Assembly: GCA_031409275.1 (NCBI GenBank)
Contig: JANNXA010000036.1
Span: 57,839-121,838, forward strand
Origin: Planctomycetota bacterium
GTDB taxonomy: Bacteria > Planctomycetota > B15-G4 > SIAN01
Direction: 5' to 3'
Length of the DNA: 64,000 nt
Positions 8,765-17,321 of this stretch are shown in pieces. Both the position numbers and the translations under genes were made by a program. The notes below the pieces were generated by a model that saw only the letters and a program-made list of their open reading frames with translations, did no database searches and had not been told where the DNA came from. Position 1 is the first letter of the stretch, and every line of letters starts with the position of its first letter.

Positions 8765-9909
8765 GCGGCTCGCACCGGACCGGCCAGCGTCCGCTCGTAG
8801 AGCGCAAGCAGGCGTGCCGCGTGCTGATCGGGGGCGAGCCCGCGCAACGGCGGCGGCGTCGAGGCGGGCGCCAGGGGTCGATCGAGCAGTTCGAGGATCG
8901 CCTCGCTCGCGGCGGCGAGCGCGCGCGGCGGCACCAGCCGTCCGTCGATGCCGTCGCGCACGAGGTCGGCCACACCGCCGACGTCGGTCGCCACGACCGG
9001 CACGCCGAGCGCGGTCGCCTCGAGCAGCGACAACGGCAGCCCCTCCTGATCGGAAAGGAGCAGTTCGAGGTCGAGGGCGAGATGCCAGCCACGCACGTCG
9101 GCCTGCCAGCCGACGAAACGAACGCCCTCGGAAAGGCCGCGGCGCGCGACCTCGGCGAGGAAGCGCTCGCGGCCATCCCCGTCCCCGATCCAGACGAAGC
9201 GCGCGTCGGGTCGCTGCGACCGCACGCGCGCCGCGACGTCGAGGAAGAACCCCGGCGCCTTCACCTTGGTCAAGCGCGCCAGCGTTCCGATCCACGGCCC
9301 GACCGCCGGCAGCAACCGCGCGCGCGCCTCGGCCCGCTCCGCCGGCGTCGGCGGCTGCGCCAGCTCGGGAAGCAGCACTCCCGGCAACACCTCGACGCGC
9401 GAGCGCTCCGCCACGTGCCACACATCGCAGAGGTCATCGCGCACGCGCTCGCTCACCGCCAGGACGAGGTCCGTTCGACGCGCGAGGCGGCGCTCGACGT
9501 GAGCGAGCCAATGGCCAAGCGGCGGCATGAACGCGCCACGGAAGAGGTGGCCATGGAACGTGTGCACGCGTCGAATCGTGGTGGCGAGCTTCGCGGTTCG
9601 CGCCAACCACCCGGCCTTGAAGGTGTGGCTGTGGAGCAGGTCGGGACGGAAGCCCGCGACGTGACGCTCGAGCGCCTGGCGCGCGACGCGGTCGGCGAAC
9701 GGGTGAAGGGAACGGCGGAGGCCGGGCAGCCGCTCGACGCGCACGCCGGCGGCGCGGAACGACTCGGTGAGGTCCTCTTCACCCGGCTCGGGCGCGCCGG
9801 TCAGCAACAAGCTCTCGACCCCGCGGGCGCGCAGCTCCGGCAACACTGCCAACAACGTGCGCGCCGGCCCCCCGCGGTTCAGACGGGTGATGACGCGGGC
9901 GACGCGCAA
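8761..9909 (-). CDS. GT4 glycosyltransferase
   Basis: ITRLNRGGPA, HTFKAG, HTFHGH, EGLPLSLLEA, VVATDVGG; TTG start after GAGGAG. Confidence 0.9.
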   Translation of the reverse strand: MRVARVITRLNRGGPARTLLAVLPELRARGVESLLLTGAPEPGEEDLTESFRAAGVRVERLPGLRRSLHPFADRVARQALERHVAGFRPDLLHSHTFKAGWLARTAKLATTIRRVHTFHGHLFRGAFMPPLGHWLAHVERRLARRTDLVLAVSERVRDDLCDVWHVAERSRVEVLPGVLLPELAQPPTPAERAEARARLLPAVGPWIGTLARLTKVKAPGFFLDVAARVRSQRPDARFVWIGDGDGRERFLAEVARRGLSEGVRFVGWQADVRGWHLALDLELLLSDQEGLPLSLLEATALGVPVVATDVGGVADLVRDGIDGRLVPPRALAAASEAILELLDRPLAPASTPPPLRGLAPDQHAARLLALYERTLAGPVRAA

Positions 9910-10060
9910 GGCGACGAGCTCCTCGCAGGGGTGGGTTCAGAGCGACCGGCGTGCCGCCCTCGAACCGAGCGGGGCGCTATGCTACGCCGCCTTCGCGGTC
10001 CGGCGACGCGCCCACCAGAGACGAGCGCCGACCGCCTCAGCTTCCCGAGCGCCTCCATCC

Positions 10061-10192
10061 ATGCTGCTGCTGCTTCTGCCGTCGGGTTCGGACCACCACG
10101 CCGCCGGCAATCCCTTCACCGAGCTGATCCTGGTGTCGCTGTTGCTGACGGTGTTCTGGGGCCTCTACCGGATCACCGCGAAGAAGAGCTGA
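10061..10192 (+). CDS. Putative 43-aa single-TM small protein
   Basis: MLLLLLPSGSDHHAAGNPFTELILVSLLLTVFWGLYRITAKKS; mostly G/C-ending codons, TM followed by a basic tail, TATGCT at 9978-9983. Confidence 0.5.
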   Translation: MLLLLLPSGSDHHAAGNPFTELILVSLLLTVFWGLYRITAKKS

Positions 10193-11240
10193 CGCGCGCG
10201 GCGTCACGGCGGTGCCACAGTTCCTCCAGCAACGGTGCCCCGCCGTCGACGCGATCGACCTCCTGCTCCAGCACGGCGTAGCGCGGCGCGCCATCGACGG
10301 CGAGCTCGTCGAGTTTCACCGCGTCTTTCGCCGTCACCACCACCTGCGCTTCGTGGCGTGCCGCCAACTGCGTCGCAGCCGCGAGATCAGCGGCGACGAA
10401 GCGGTGGTGGTCGGGGTGAAGCTGGTCGGCGACGACGTTCGCGCCGAGCGCCTTCAGGGTGCGGCGCACGCTGCCCGGGTCGCCGACGCCGGTGCACAGC
10501 ACGACCGCGCGTCCCGCCAGCAAGGTCGGCGCGTGGCGGACCCCGCCGACGCGGACTGCCGCGATCGTGAAGTAGAGCGCGGCAAAGCGGGCGCGTGGCG
10601 CTTGACGCAGGATCGCGGAGCGCGCCTCCGCAAGCGTCGACGCCTCGACCTGCTCGCAGCGCGTCGCCACCAGCCAATCGGCGCGCGCGAGCGCCGCCGG
10701 CGACTCGCGCAACGGCCCCGCGGGCAGCAAGCGGCCGTTTCCAAATGGCGAGCCCGCATCGACGAGCACGACGTCGACGTCGCGCTCCAACCGTTCGTGC
10801 TGGAAGCCGTCGTCCAGCAGGACGAAGTCGCACGGCGCGAGGGCGAGCGCCGCTCGCGCCGCGCGGGCTCGATCGGGGTCCTGCACCACGCGCACCTGCG
10901 GCTGCCGCTGCGCAAGCCAGCGTCCCTCGTCATTCAACGCCGCGCCGCGCGCGCGTCGATAGCCGCGACCCAGCACCATCACGGTCGCGCCGCGCGCGGT
11001 CAATTCACTCGCGAGCCACGCCGTGAAAGGCGTCTTGCCGACGCCGCCGACCGCGAGATTGCCGATGCTCACGACGACCGCGGAAAGGCGGACTCGCCGT
11101 CGCAGCCCGGTCCGGTAGAGCGCGCGATGGAGCGCACGGCCACACGCGTAGAGGCCGCTCGCGGCGCCGAGCAGCGGGCGCACGGGCCATCCCGGCTCTG
11201 CACCGTTCCAAAGCGATTCGAAGTAGCGATCCGCCGCCAT
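10173..11240 (-). CDS. lpxK: Tetraacyldisaccharide 4'-kinase
   Basis: VVSIGNLAVGGVGKTP, RGY, LLDDGFQH, LLPAGPLRE, PDHH, TAKDAVK. Confidence 0.95.
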   Translation of the reverse strand: MAADRYFESLWNGAEPGWPVRPLLGAASGLYACGRALHRALYRTGLRRRVRLSAVVVSIGNLAVGGVGKTPFTAWLASELTARGATVMVLGRGYRRARGAALNDEGRWLAQRQPQVRVVQDPDRARAARAALALAPCDFVLLDDGFQHERLERDVDVVLVDAGSPFGNGRLLPAGPLRESPAALARADWLVATRCEQVEASTLAEARSAILRQAPRARFAALYFTIAAVRVGGVRHAPTLLAGRAVVLCTGVGDPGSVRRTLKALGANVVADQLHPDHHRFVAADLAAATQLAARHEAQVVVTAKDAVKLDELAVDGAPRYAVLEQEVDRVDGGAPLLEELWHRRDAARVSSSSR

Positions 11241-11281
11241 TGCGGCGTGACGTTAGCGACGCCCGTTGCGGCCGCGCGCGC

Positions 11282-12166
11282 TCAGCGATCGGTGGCGCCG
11301 TCCTTCGCGCGCTCGCCCTTCGGCTTCGGGTCGACGCCTGCAGGTGGCACGCGCTCTTTCGCTGGAACGGGTTCCGCGGACTTCGGATCGGGCGCGCGAA
11401 CCCGTGGCGCGGCGCTCTTGCCGTCCGCCGCAGCCTGCGCGACGCGGCGCTGCTCTTCGACCGTCCAATCGAGGAAGAGCGGCTCCCACTGGTCGTAGAC
11501 CGCGAGGAACCGCGCTTCGCGTTCGTCGGGGAATGCGCCGACCACCGTGCGTCGCCACTCGATCTGGCGCTTCCGTTCAGGAGTCCATCCGAGCGCGGGA
11601 GCGAATTCGTCGAGGAGCGAAAGCTTGGAGGTGACGAGATCCTTGGCCGGGGCAGCGGGCTCGCCCTCCGCTTCGATCGGGGGCACCGGCGGCGCCACGT
11701 CGCCGAGCGTTGGACCCTCGAGCGCCTCGACACCGCGGCCGCGCACGAGGCGCGCGCTGGCGTACTCGTTCTCCATGACGCGCACCCCGGCGGAGTCGAG
11801 GATGTCGCGCACTTCGAGCTTCTGGACATCGCGCCAACGCAGCGAAATCTCGCCATCGAGCCCGTCGACGAAGCGCAGTTTGAAGCGCTGGTCGAGCGCG
11901 TAGGGCGTCTGCGTGTGGTGCTGGCCCGCATGGACGATCGCGTGGAATGCGTTGTCGCGGCAGACGACGCCCGCGAAACGGCGACCGCTCTTCATGCGCG
12001 CGCTGACTCGGTAGCTCGGGATGTCCGGTGGCCGCGGTCGCGGCGTCGGGATCACCAGCGGCGCACGCGCCGCAACTGCCGCGGGTCCGTTCGGCGGCGC
12101 AAGATCGACCGGGCCCGCCCCACCGGCTTGCGCAAAGAGCAGTACGACAGCAGCGAGTGGGGTCAT
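11282..12166 (-). CDS. Exported hypothetical protein
   Basis: Start re-picked at ATG 12166 (MTPLAAVVLLFAQAG); Pro-rich linkers flank a beta-rich domain and a helical domain. Confidence 0.6.
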   Translation of the reverse strand: MTPLAAVVLLFAQAGGAGPVDLAPPNGPAAVAARAPLVIPTPRPRPPDIPSYRVSARMKSGRRFAGVVCRDNAFHAIVHAGQHHTQTPYALDQRFKLRFVDGLDGEISLRWRDVQKLEVRDILDSAGVRVMENEYASARLVRGRGVEALEGPTLGDVAPPVPPIEAEGEPAAPAKDLVTSKLSLLDEFAPALGWTPERKRQIEWRRTVVGAFPDEREARFLAVYDQWEPLFLDWTVEEQRRVAQAAADGKSAAPRVRAPDPKSAEPVPAKERVPPAGVDPKPKGERAKDGATDR

Positions 12167-12269
12167 CGACGCGTTCCTCGAGGGGGGAGCCTCTCTCCCA
12201 TCGAGTCGCGCCGGGCCCCAGATGAGGGCCGTTTTGCCGCAGGCGATCGGGAACGTTTTTCCGATGCGC

Positions 12270-13121
12270 TCAGTTGGCGGAGGCGGACGGCGGCCGCGGC
12301 GGTGCGCCGGGCGCCGTCGCACCGGCCGGCGCAGCCGTCGGCACCGCCGCGCTCGATTCCCAGTGGGCGGCGATCTCGGCGGCCAACGACGAGTAGTCCT
12401 TCGCCCCGTGCGAAGCGGGGTCGTAGGCGAAGACCGTCTGGCCGTGGCTCGACGCCTCGGCGAGTCGGACGTTCTGTCGGATGGTCGCCTTGAAGACGTG
12501 GGTGCCGAAGTGGCCGCGCGCCTCCTCCTCCACTTCGCGAGCCAGTCGCGTGGTCGCCTGCATGCGGCACAACACGATGCCCAGAAGCTGCGGGCCGCGC
12601 TTCAGTCGCCGACGGAGCTTCTCCATCACGTCGGTGAGCCGGCTGATGCCGTGCAACGCGAAGAACTCCGCCTGCAAAGGAATCAGGACCTCATCGGCGG
12701 CCGTCAGTCCATTCAGCGAGAGCAGTCCCAACGAAGGCGGGCAATCGATCAGCACGAGGTCGAAACGGTCAAGCTGCGCAAGCTCGGCCAACGCGTTGCG
12801 CAAGATCGTCTCGCGACCGATCTCGCCCGCGAGCTCCAGCTCGGCGCTGGCGAGATCGATGTGCGCTGGCAGGAGAGCGAGCCGTTCGGTCGCGGTCGGC
12901 GCAATCGCCTGTTCGAGCGGCAGCCCTTCGACGAGCACTTCGTAGATCGATGGCTTGCCGGAGTTGATGTCGTGATCGAGGTGAAGCGAGAGGTGCGCCT
13001 GCGGGTCGAGGTCGATCACCAGCACGCGTTGGCCGCGCAGCGCGAAAGCTGCGCCCAGGTTGCAGGTGGTCGTCGTCTTGCCGACGCCACCCTTCTGGTT
13101 CATGACCGCCACGACTCGCAT
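12270..13121 (-). CDS. parA: ParA/Soj-family ATPase (no adjacent parB)
   Basis: Start ATG 13121 after GGAGG; NQKGGVGKTTT, IDLDPQA, IDCPPSLG, PLQAEF, IRQNVRLAEA. Confidence 0.9.
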   Translation of the reverse strand: MRVVAVMNQKGGVGKTTTTCNLGAAFALRGQRVLVIDLDPQAHLSLHLDHDINSGKPSIYEVLVEGLPLEQAIAPTATERLALLPAHIDLASAELELAGEIGRETILRNALAELAQLDRFDLVLIDCPPSLGLLSLNGLTAADEVLIPLQAEFFALHGISRLTDVMEKLRRRLKRGPQLLGIVLCRMQATTRLAREVEEEARGHFGTHVFKATIRQNVRLAEASSHGQTVFAYDPASHGAKDYSSLAAEIAAHWESSAAVPTAAPAGATAPGAPPRPPSASAN

Positions 13122-13171
13122 GCATCGCCCTCCGCCACGAAGCGCGGGAGTGTAGCCCGAGTGAGCCAGCA

Positions 13172-13213
13172 AACAGGAGCGGCGAACAGGAGCCGCGAAC
13201 AGGAGCGGCGAAC
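13172..13213. repeat. Three tandem 13-bp direct repeats
   Basis: AACAGGAGCGGCG (13172-13184), AACAGGAGCCGCG (13185-13197), AACAGGAGCGGCG (13198-13210), plus AAC. Confidence 0.9.
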
Positions 13214-13317
13214 GCGATCAGGGTCAGCGATCGGGATCGGGGAGTGGGATCGGCGACCGCGGGAGGACGCAGCGCAAGGAGCCTCGGAGAGGCGGCGCGG
13301 AAGCGCTCTTGGCCCTG

Positions 13318-13348
13318 CTGTAAGTCATTGAATAGAATCGACTTACAG
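13318..13348. repeat. AT-rich inverted repeat just 3' of tRNA-Cys
   Basis: CTGTAAGTC-N13-GACTTACAG with perfect 9-bp arms. Confidence 0.8.
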
Positions 13349-13357
13349 TCGTCGAAC

Positions 13358-13432
13358 TGGAGGGGGCACCCGGATTTGAACCGGGGAATAACGGATTTGC
13401 AATCCGTTGCCTTACCGCTTGGCTATGCCCCC
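13358..13432 (-). tRNA. tRNA-Cys (GCA)
   Basis: GGGGGCATAGCCAAGCGGTAAGGCAACGGATTGCAAATCCGTTATTCCCCGGTTCAAATCCGGGTGCCCCCTCCA: 7-bp acceptor stem, ACGGA/TCCGT anticodon stem with GCA, TTC loop, U73, encoded CCA. Confidence 0.97.
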
Positions 13433-13520
13433 ATCCCGAAGCCGTTTCGCGCCTTCGGAAGGGGGGGCAACTTACGCGCGATCCTCGGCGCACGCAACCG
13501 GCTGTCGGGCGCCAATTGGC

Positions 13521-13678
13521 GCGCTGAACAGAATGGCGGCTGCATTCGACCCGTTGCCGACGCCCATGAATTCGTCGACCTCCATCGACGATTCCTCCGC
13601 GTCGCCTGCAGGGGTCGCGTCGTCCTGCGCCGCCTCGCGCGGTCTCGGGGAGACCCACTCCTTCTGTCAGACGCGCTC
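13521..13678. repeat. Dispersed structured repeat (MITE/REP-like), copy A
   Basis: 13528-13667 aligns without gaps to 63860-63999 (110/140 identical by hand count); ends CTGAACAGAATGG ... CCTTCTGTCAG form imperfect TIRs; internal long hairpin. Confidence 0.8.
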
Positions 13679-14630
13679 AGCCGTGGGCGTGAGCTTCGAG
13701 CCAGCGTTCGGCGTCGATCGCCGCCATGCAGCCGGTGCCCGCGGCGGTGACGGCCTGTCGGTAGACCGAATCCTGCACGTCCCCGCACGCGAAGACGCCC
13801 GGCACGTTGGTGTAGGTCGTCTTCGCCGCCGTCACCAGGTAGCCCTTCGAGTCGAGGTCGAGCTTGCCGACGAAGAGGTCGGTGTTGGGCTTGTGTCCGA
13901 TCGCGATGAAGAGGCCACCGCACGCGAACTCGGTGCGCGCCTTCGTCTTGTAGTTCTCGAGCACGACCGCGCGGATGCGCTTGTTGCCGTTGGTGTCGAG
14001 GACGTCGACCACCTCGCTGTCCCATACGAAGGCGATCTTCGGGTTCGCCTGCGCGCGGTCCGCCATGATCTTCGACGCGCGCAACTTGTCGCGACGATGC
14101 ACGACCGTCACCTTGGAGGCGTAGCGCGTGAGGAAGTTGGCCTCCTCCATCGCCGTGTCGCCACCACCGACGACGACGAGTTCCTTGTTCTTGAAGAAGG
14201 CGCCATCACACGTCGCGCAGGCCGAGACGCCGCCACCGGCATCGCGGATGCGCACTTCGTTGGGGAGGTTCAGCCAACGCGCTTCGGCGCCGGTGGCCAC
14301 GATGAGCGTGTCGCAGGTGAGGTCCCCATCGGTCAACGTCTTCACCGTAAAGGGACGCTTGCTGAGATCGACTTCGCTCGCCCAGCTCTGCACGACCTTG
14401 GTCCCGAAGCGCACTGCCTGCGCCTCGAACACTTCCATCATCTTGGGTCCCATGACCCCGTGCTCGAATCCGGGGTAGTTCTCGACCTCGGTGGTCAGCA
14501 TGAGCTGGCCGCCGCGCGCCGGACCGTGCAGCACGGTGGGCTCGAGATTGGCGCGCGCAGCGTAGATGGCCGCGGTCCAGCCCGCCGGCCCGGAACCGAG
14601 GATCAGCACTTTCGCGTGGTTCGCAGCCAT
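13677..14630 (-). CDS. trxB: Thioredoxin-disulfide reductase
   Basis: ILGSGPAG, GGQL, VENYPG, SACATCDG, VGGGDTAMEEA, HRRDKLRAS, GDVQD, RQAVTAAGTGC; alternative GTG start at 14651 overlaps the pepA stop. Confidence 0.97.
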   Translation of the reverse strand: MAANHAKVLILGSGPAGWTAAIYAARANLEPTVLHGPARGGQLMLTTEVENYPGFEHGVMGPKMMEVFEAQAVRFGTKVVQSWASEVDLSKRPFTVKTLTDGDLTCDTLIVATGAEARWLNLPNEVRIRDAGGGVSACATCDGAFFKNKELVVVGGGDTAMEEANFLTRYASKVTVVHRRDKLRASKIMADRAQANPKIAFVWDSEVVDVLDTNGNKRIRAVVLENYKTKARTEFACGGLFIAIGHKPNTDLFVGKLDLDSKGYLVTAAKTTYTNVPGVFACGDVQDSVYRQAVTAAGTGCMAAIDAERWLEAHAHG

Positions 14631-14647
14631 GTTCTCGTGGTTCTCCG

Positions 14648-16111
14648 TCACTCGAGGCTCTCGATGAGGCGGACCAGCAGGCGCACGCCGACGCCGCTTG
14701 CCCCGCCTTCGTAGGTTTCGTTGCGCGGCGTGTCCCAAGCCGTCCCGGCGATGTCGAGGTGCGCCCAGTTCAGGTCGCCGGCGAACTTGCGCAGGAACGC
14801 CGCCGCCGTCACGGCACCGCCGAAGCGCGTGCCGGAGTTCTTCAGATCGGCGACCGTCGAGCGCATCTCGTCGAGGTACTCCTCCCACAGCGGCAGCGGC
14901 CACACTCGCTCACCGCTCGCCTCGCCGGCGTTCTTCAGCTTCTGCGCCAGGTCGTCATGGTTGCAGAAGAGTCCGCTCGCGCGATGGCCGAGCGCGACGA
15001 CGCACGCGCCGGTGAGCGTCGCGAGGTCGACCGTGTGATCGGGCGCCAGCTCCTGCGCGCGACCGAGCGCGTCGGCCAGCACCAGGCGTCCCTCGGCATC
15101 CGTGTTGGTCACTTCGACGGTGAGGCCACCGTAGGTGGTCAGCACGTCGCCGGGCTTGATGGCGCGGCCGCCCGGCATGTTCTCGGTGCATGGAACGAGG
15201 CCGTAGACGCGCACCTTGGGCGCCACCTTCGGCAGCACCGAGAACGTGGCGAGCACGGCCGCGCCGCCGCACATGTCGAACTTCATCTCCTCCATTCCGG
15301 GCGCCGGCTTGAGCGAGATGCCGCCCGTGTCGAACGTGAGCCCCTTGCCGATGAGGCAGAGCGTGCGGCGGAAGCGACGCGGACGGTATTCGAGTTCGAG
15401 GAAGAAGGGCGGCTGCGCGGAGCCCTTCGCCACCGCGAGCAGGCCGCCGAAGCCGCGCCGTTCGAGTTCGGCGCGAGCGATCACCTTCAGCCGCAGCTTG
15501 CCGGTGCGCGCGAGCTTGCGAGCCTGATCGGCGAGATAACGCGGCGTCGCGATGTTGGACGGCTGGTTGCCGAGGTCGCGCGCAAAGCACTGCGCCTGAC
15601 CGATCGCGCTGCCGATCGCGAGCGCGTCGCCGAAACGGCGCCGTTCGCTGGCGCTGCCGGCGTAGTGGACGGCCATCGAAGGGAGCCGATGCGGCGCGGC
15701 GTCGGTACGGACGCCGTGGAAGGAGTAGTTGCCGAGTTCGAGCCCTTCGCCGATGGCGCGGCCCGACTCCTCGACGGCGAGCGGGACCGGAGCGAGCGTG
15801 AGCGCCGCGCCGCTGAGCTTGTGCTGGCGCGCCCGCTTGACGACGGCCGCCGCCGCGCGACGCAGCGTGTCAGCACTGACTTTCTTCGGGTCGCCAAGTC
15901 CGACCAGCAGGATGCGCTGCTTGCCGGAATAGACCATCGCCGTCTCGAGCTCGCGGCCGGTGAAGTCCTTGGCGTCGATCGGCGCTCGCGCGACGTCGAC
16001 GACCGCGAGCGGCAGCCCGCGCGCACGCAGCTGATCGGTCGCCAGCAACACGCCGACGAGTGGCGCGCGCTCGACCTCGATCTCCCCATCCCGACCGAAC
16101 GCAACCTTCAT
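14648..16111 (-). CDS. pepA: Leucyl aminopeptidase (M17)
   Basis: Start ATG 16111; GKGLTFDTGGISLK, MKFDMCG, NTDAEGRLVLAD, ATLTGAC, HLDIAG. Confidence 0.95.
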   Translation of the reverse strand: MKVAFGRDGEIEVERAPLVGVLLATDQLRARGLPLAVVDVARAPIDAKDFTGRELETAMVYSGKQRILLVGLGDPKKVSADTLRRAAAAVVKRARQHKLSGAALTLAPVPLAVEESGRAIGEGLELGNYSFHGVRTDAAPHRLPSMAVHYAGSASERRRFGDALAIGSAIGQAQCFARDLGNQPSNIATPRYLADQARKLARTGKLRLKVIARAELERRGFGGLLAVAKGSAQPPFFLELEYRPRRFRRTLCLIGKGLTFDTGGISLKPAPGMEEMKFDMCGGAAVLATFSVLPKVAPKVRVYGLVPCTENMPGGRAIKPGDVLTTYGGLTVEVTNTDAEGRLVLADALGRAQELAPDHTVDLATLTGACVVALGHRASGLFCNHDDLAQKLKNAGEASGERVWPLPLWEEYLDEMRSTVADLKNSGTRFGGAVTAAAFLRKFAGDLNWAHLDIAGTAWDTPRNETYEGGASGVGVRLLVRLIESLE

Positions 16112-16136
16112 CGTGGTCCCCGCTTCCCGCCTCGAT

Positions 16137-17321
16137 TCAACGATGGTCCGGCGCCGCCCGCGCGAGCTCGCGCAAGGCCCCCACCGCGCGCGCGACCTCG
16201 CCCGAGCCTGACGCATGGCCGAACGAAAAGCGCAGCGTACCGTCCGCCGCCGTTCCCAGAACCTGGTGCGTGCCGGGGTTGCAATGCAAGCCGGCTCGTT
16301 GCGTGATGGCGAACTCGCTCTCGAGGAGCGCGGCGGCTTCGGCGACCGAGTAGCCGCGGATCCGCATCGGGAAGACCGGCTCGCGCGCCGACATTCGCGG
16401 CGGACCGAACGACACGATGCCGTCGATCGCTGCGATGCTCGCGGCGAACTCGGCCCCGATCTCGGCGCGCGCAGCCGCGATCGCCGCGACGCCGCCAGCG
16501 CTCTGCCGCTCTTCGATCGCCACCGCAAGCCCGACGATGCCGGGCACGTTCGGCGAACCCGCTTCGAGCGCGCCTGGAAACTCCTCCGGCTGCAGCGGCG
16601 CCTCGCTGCGGTGACCGGTTCCACCCTCGCGCAACGGCCGCAGCTCGACCCCTTCGCGCGTCCACAGGAAGCCCGTTCCAAGCGGGCCTCCCGGCCCTTT
16701 GTGCCCGGCACCCGCAAGCAGGTCGGCCACCTCTGCAACGTCCTCGAGCGGCCGGTAGCCGGCGCTTTGCGCCACGTCGACGAGCAGCCACGGACGCCGA
16801 TCGGAAGCATGCACCCGCAGCGCCGCGCCCACCGCCGTGACGGGCTGCAACGCACCGGTGACATTCGATGCGTGCGCCAGCACGACGAGGCGTGTGCGAC
16901 GGTTCACCGCCGCGAGCAGCCGATCCGCCGCGACGACGCCGAACGCGTCGCCCGCGATGCGATGGACGACGACGCCATGGTCGCGCTCCAGTCGCGCAAG
17001 CGGACGCGCCACCGAGTTGTGCTCGATCGTCGTCGTGACCACCTCATCGCCCGGCGACAGCGCCCCTTTGATCGCGAGGTTCAACGCATCGGTGGCGTTG
17101 AGGGTGAAGGTCACTCGCTCCGGCGTGGGGACGCCGAGGAGCTGCGCCACGAGTGCGCGCGCTTGCGCGATCGCGCGCGCGGCGGCGCGGCCTTGGGCAC
17201 CGCCACCGCGATCGGGCGCCACGCCGGGATCGAACAGAGCGTGCGCGACGGCGGCGATGACGCGCGGCGACTTCGGCCACGACGTCGCAGCGTGATCGAG
17301 GTAGAGGAGCGGCGTGGTCAC
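16137..17321 (-). CDS. Cysteine desulfurase-family PLP enzyme (aminotransferase class V)
   Basis: Start GTG 17321; YLDHAATSWPK, EHNSV, HASNVTG, DVAQSAG, GHKG (PLP Lys), RAGLHC (catalytic Cys). Confidence 0.9.
   Translation of the reverse strand: MTTPLLYLDHAATSWPKSPRVIAAVAHALFDPGVAPDRGGGAQGRAAARAIAQARALVAQLLGVPTPERVTFTLNATDALNLAIKGALSPGDEVVTTTIEHNSVARPLARLERDHGVVVHRIAGDAFGVVAADRLLAAVNRRTRLVVLAHASNVTGALQPVTAVGAALRVHASDRRPWLLVDVAQSAGYRPLEDVAEVADLLAGAGHKGPGGPLGTGFLWTREGVELRPLREGGTGHRSEAPLQPEEFPGALEAGSPNVPGIVGLAVAIEERQSAGGVAAIAAARAEIGAEFAASIAAIDGIVSFGPPRMSAREPVFPMRIRGYSVAEAAALLESEFAITQRAGLHCNPGTHQVLGTAADGTLRFSFGHASGSGEVARAVGALRELARAAPDHR

Noticed and set aside
13172..13255. Short repeats as a possible CRISPR array
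   Set aside because: The units are 13 bp and directly tandem, with no spacers and no cas genes.
12270..13432. Integrated element at tRNA-Cys (parA next to a tRNA 3' end)
   Set aside because: No integrase, no duplicated tRNA 3' end noticed, and the flanking genes (lpxK, trxB) are core chromosomal genes.
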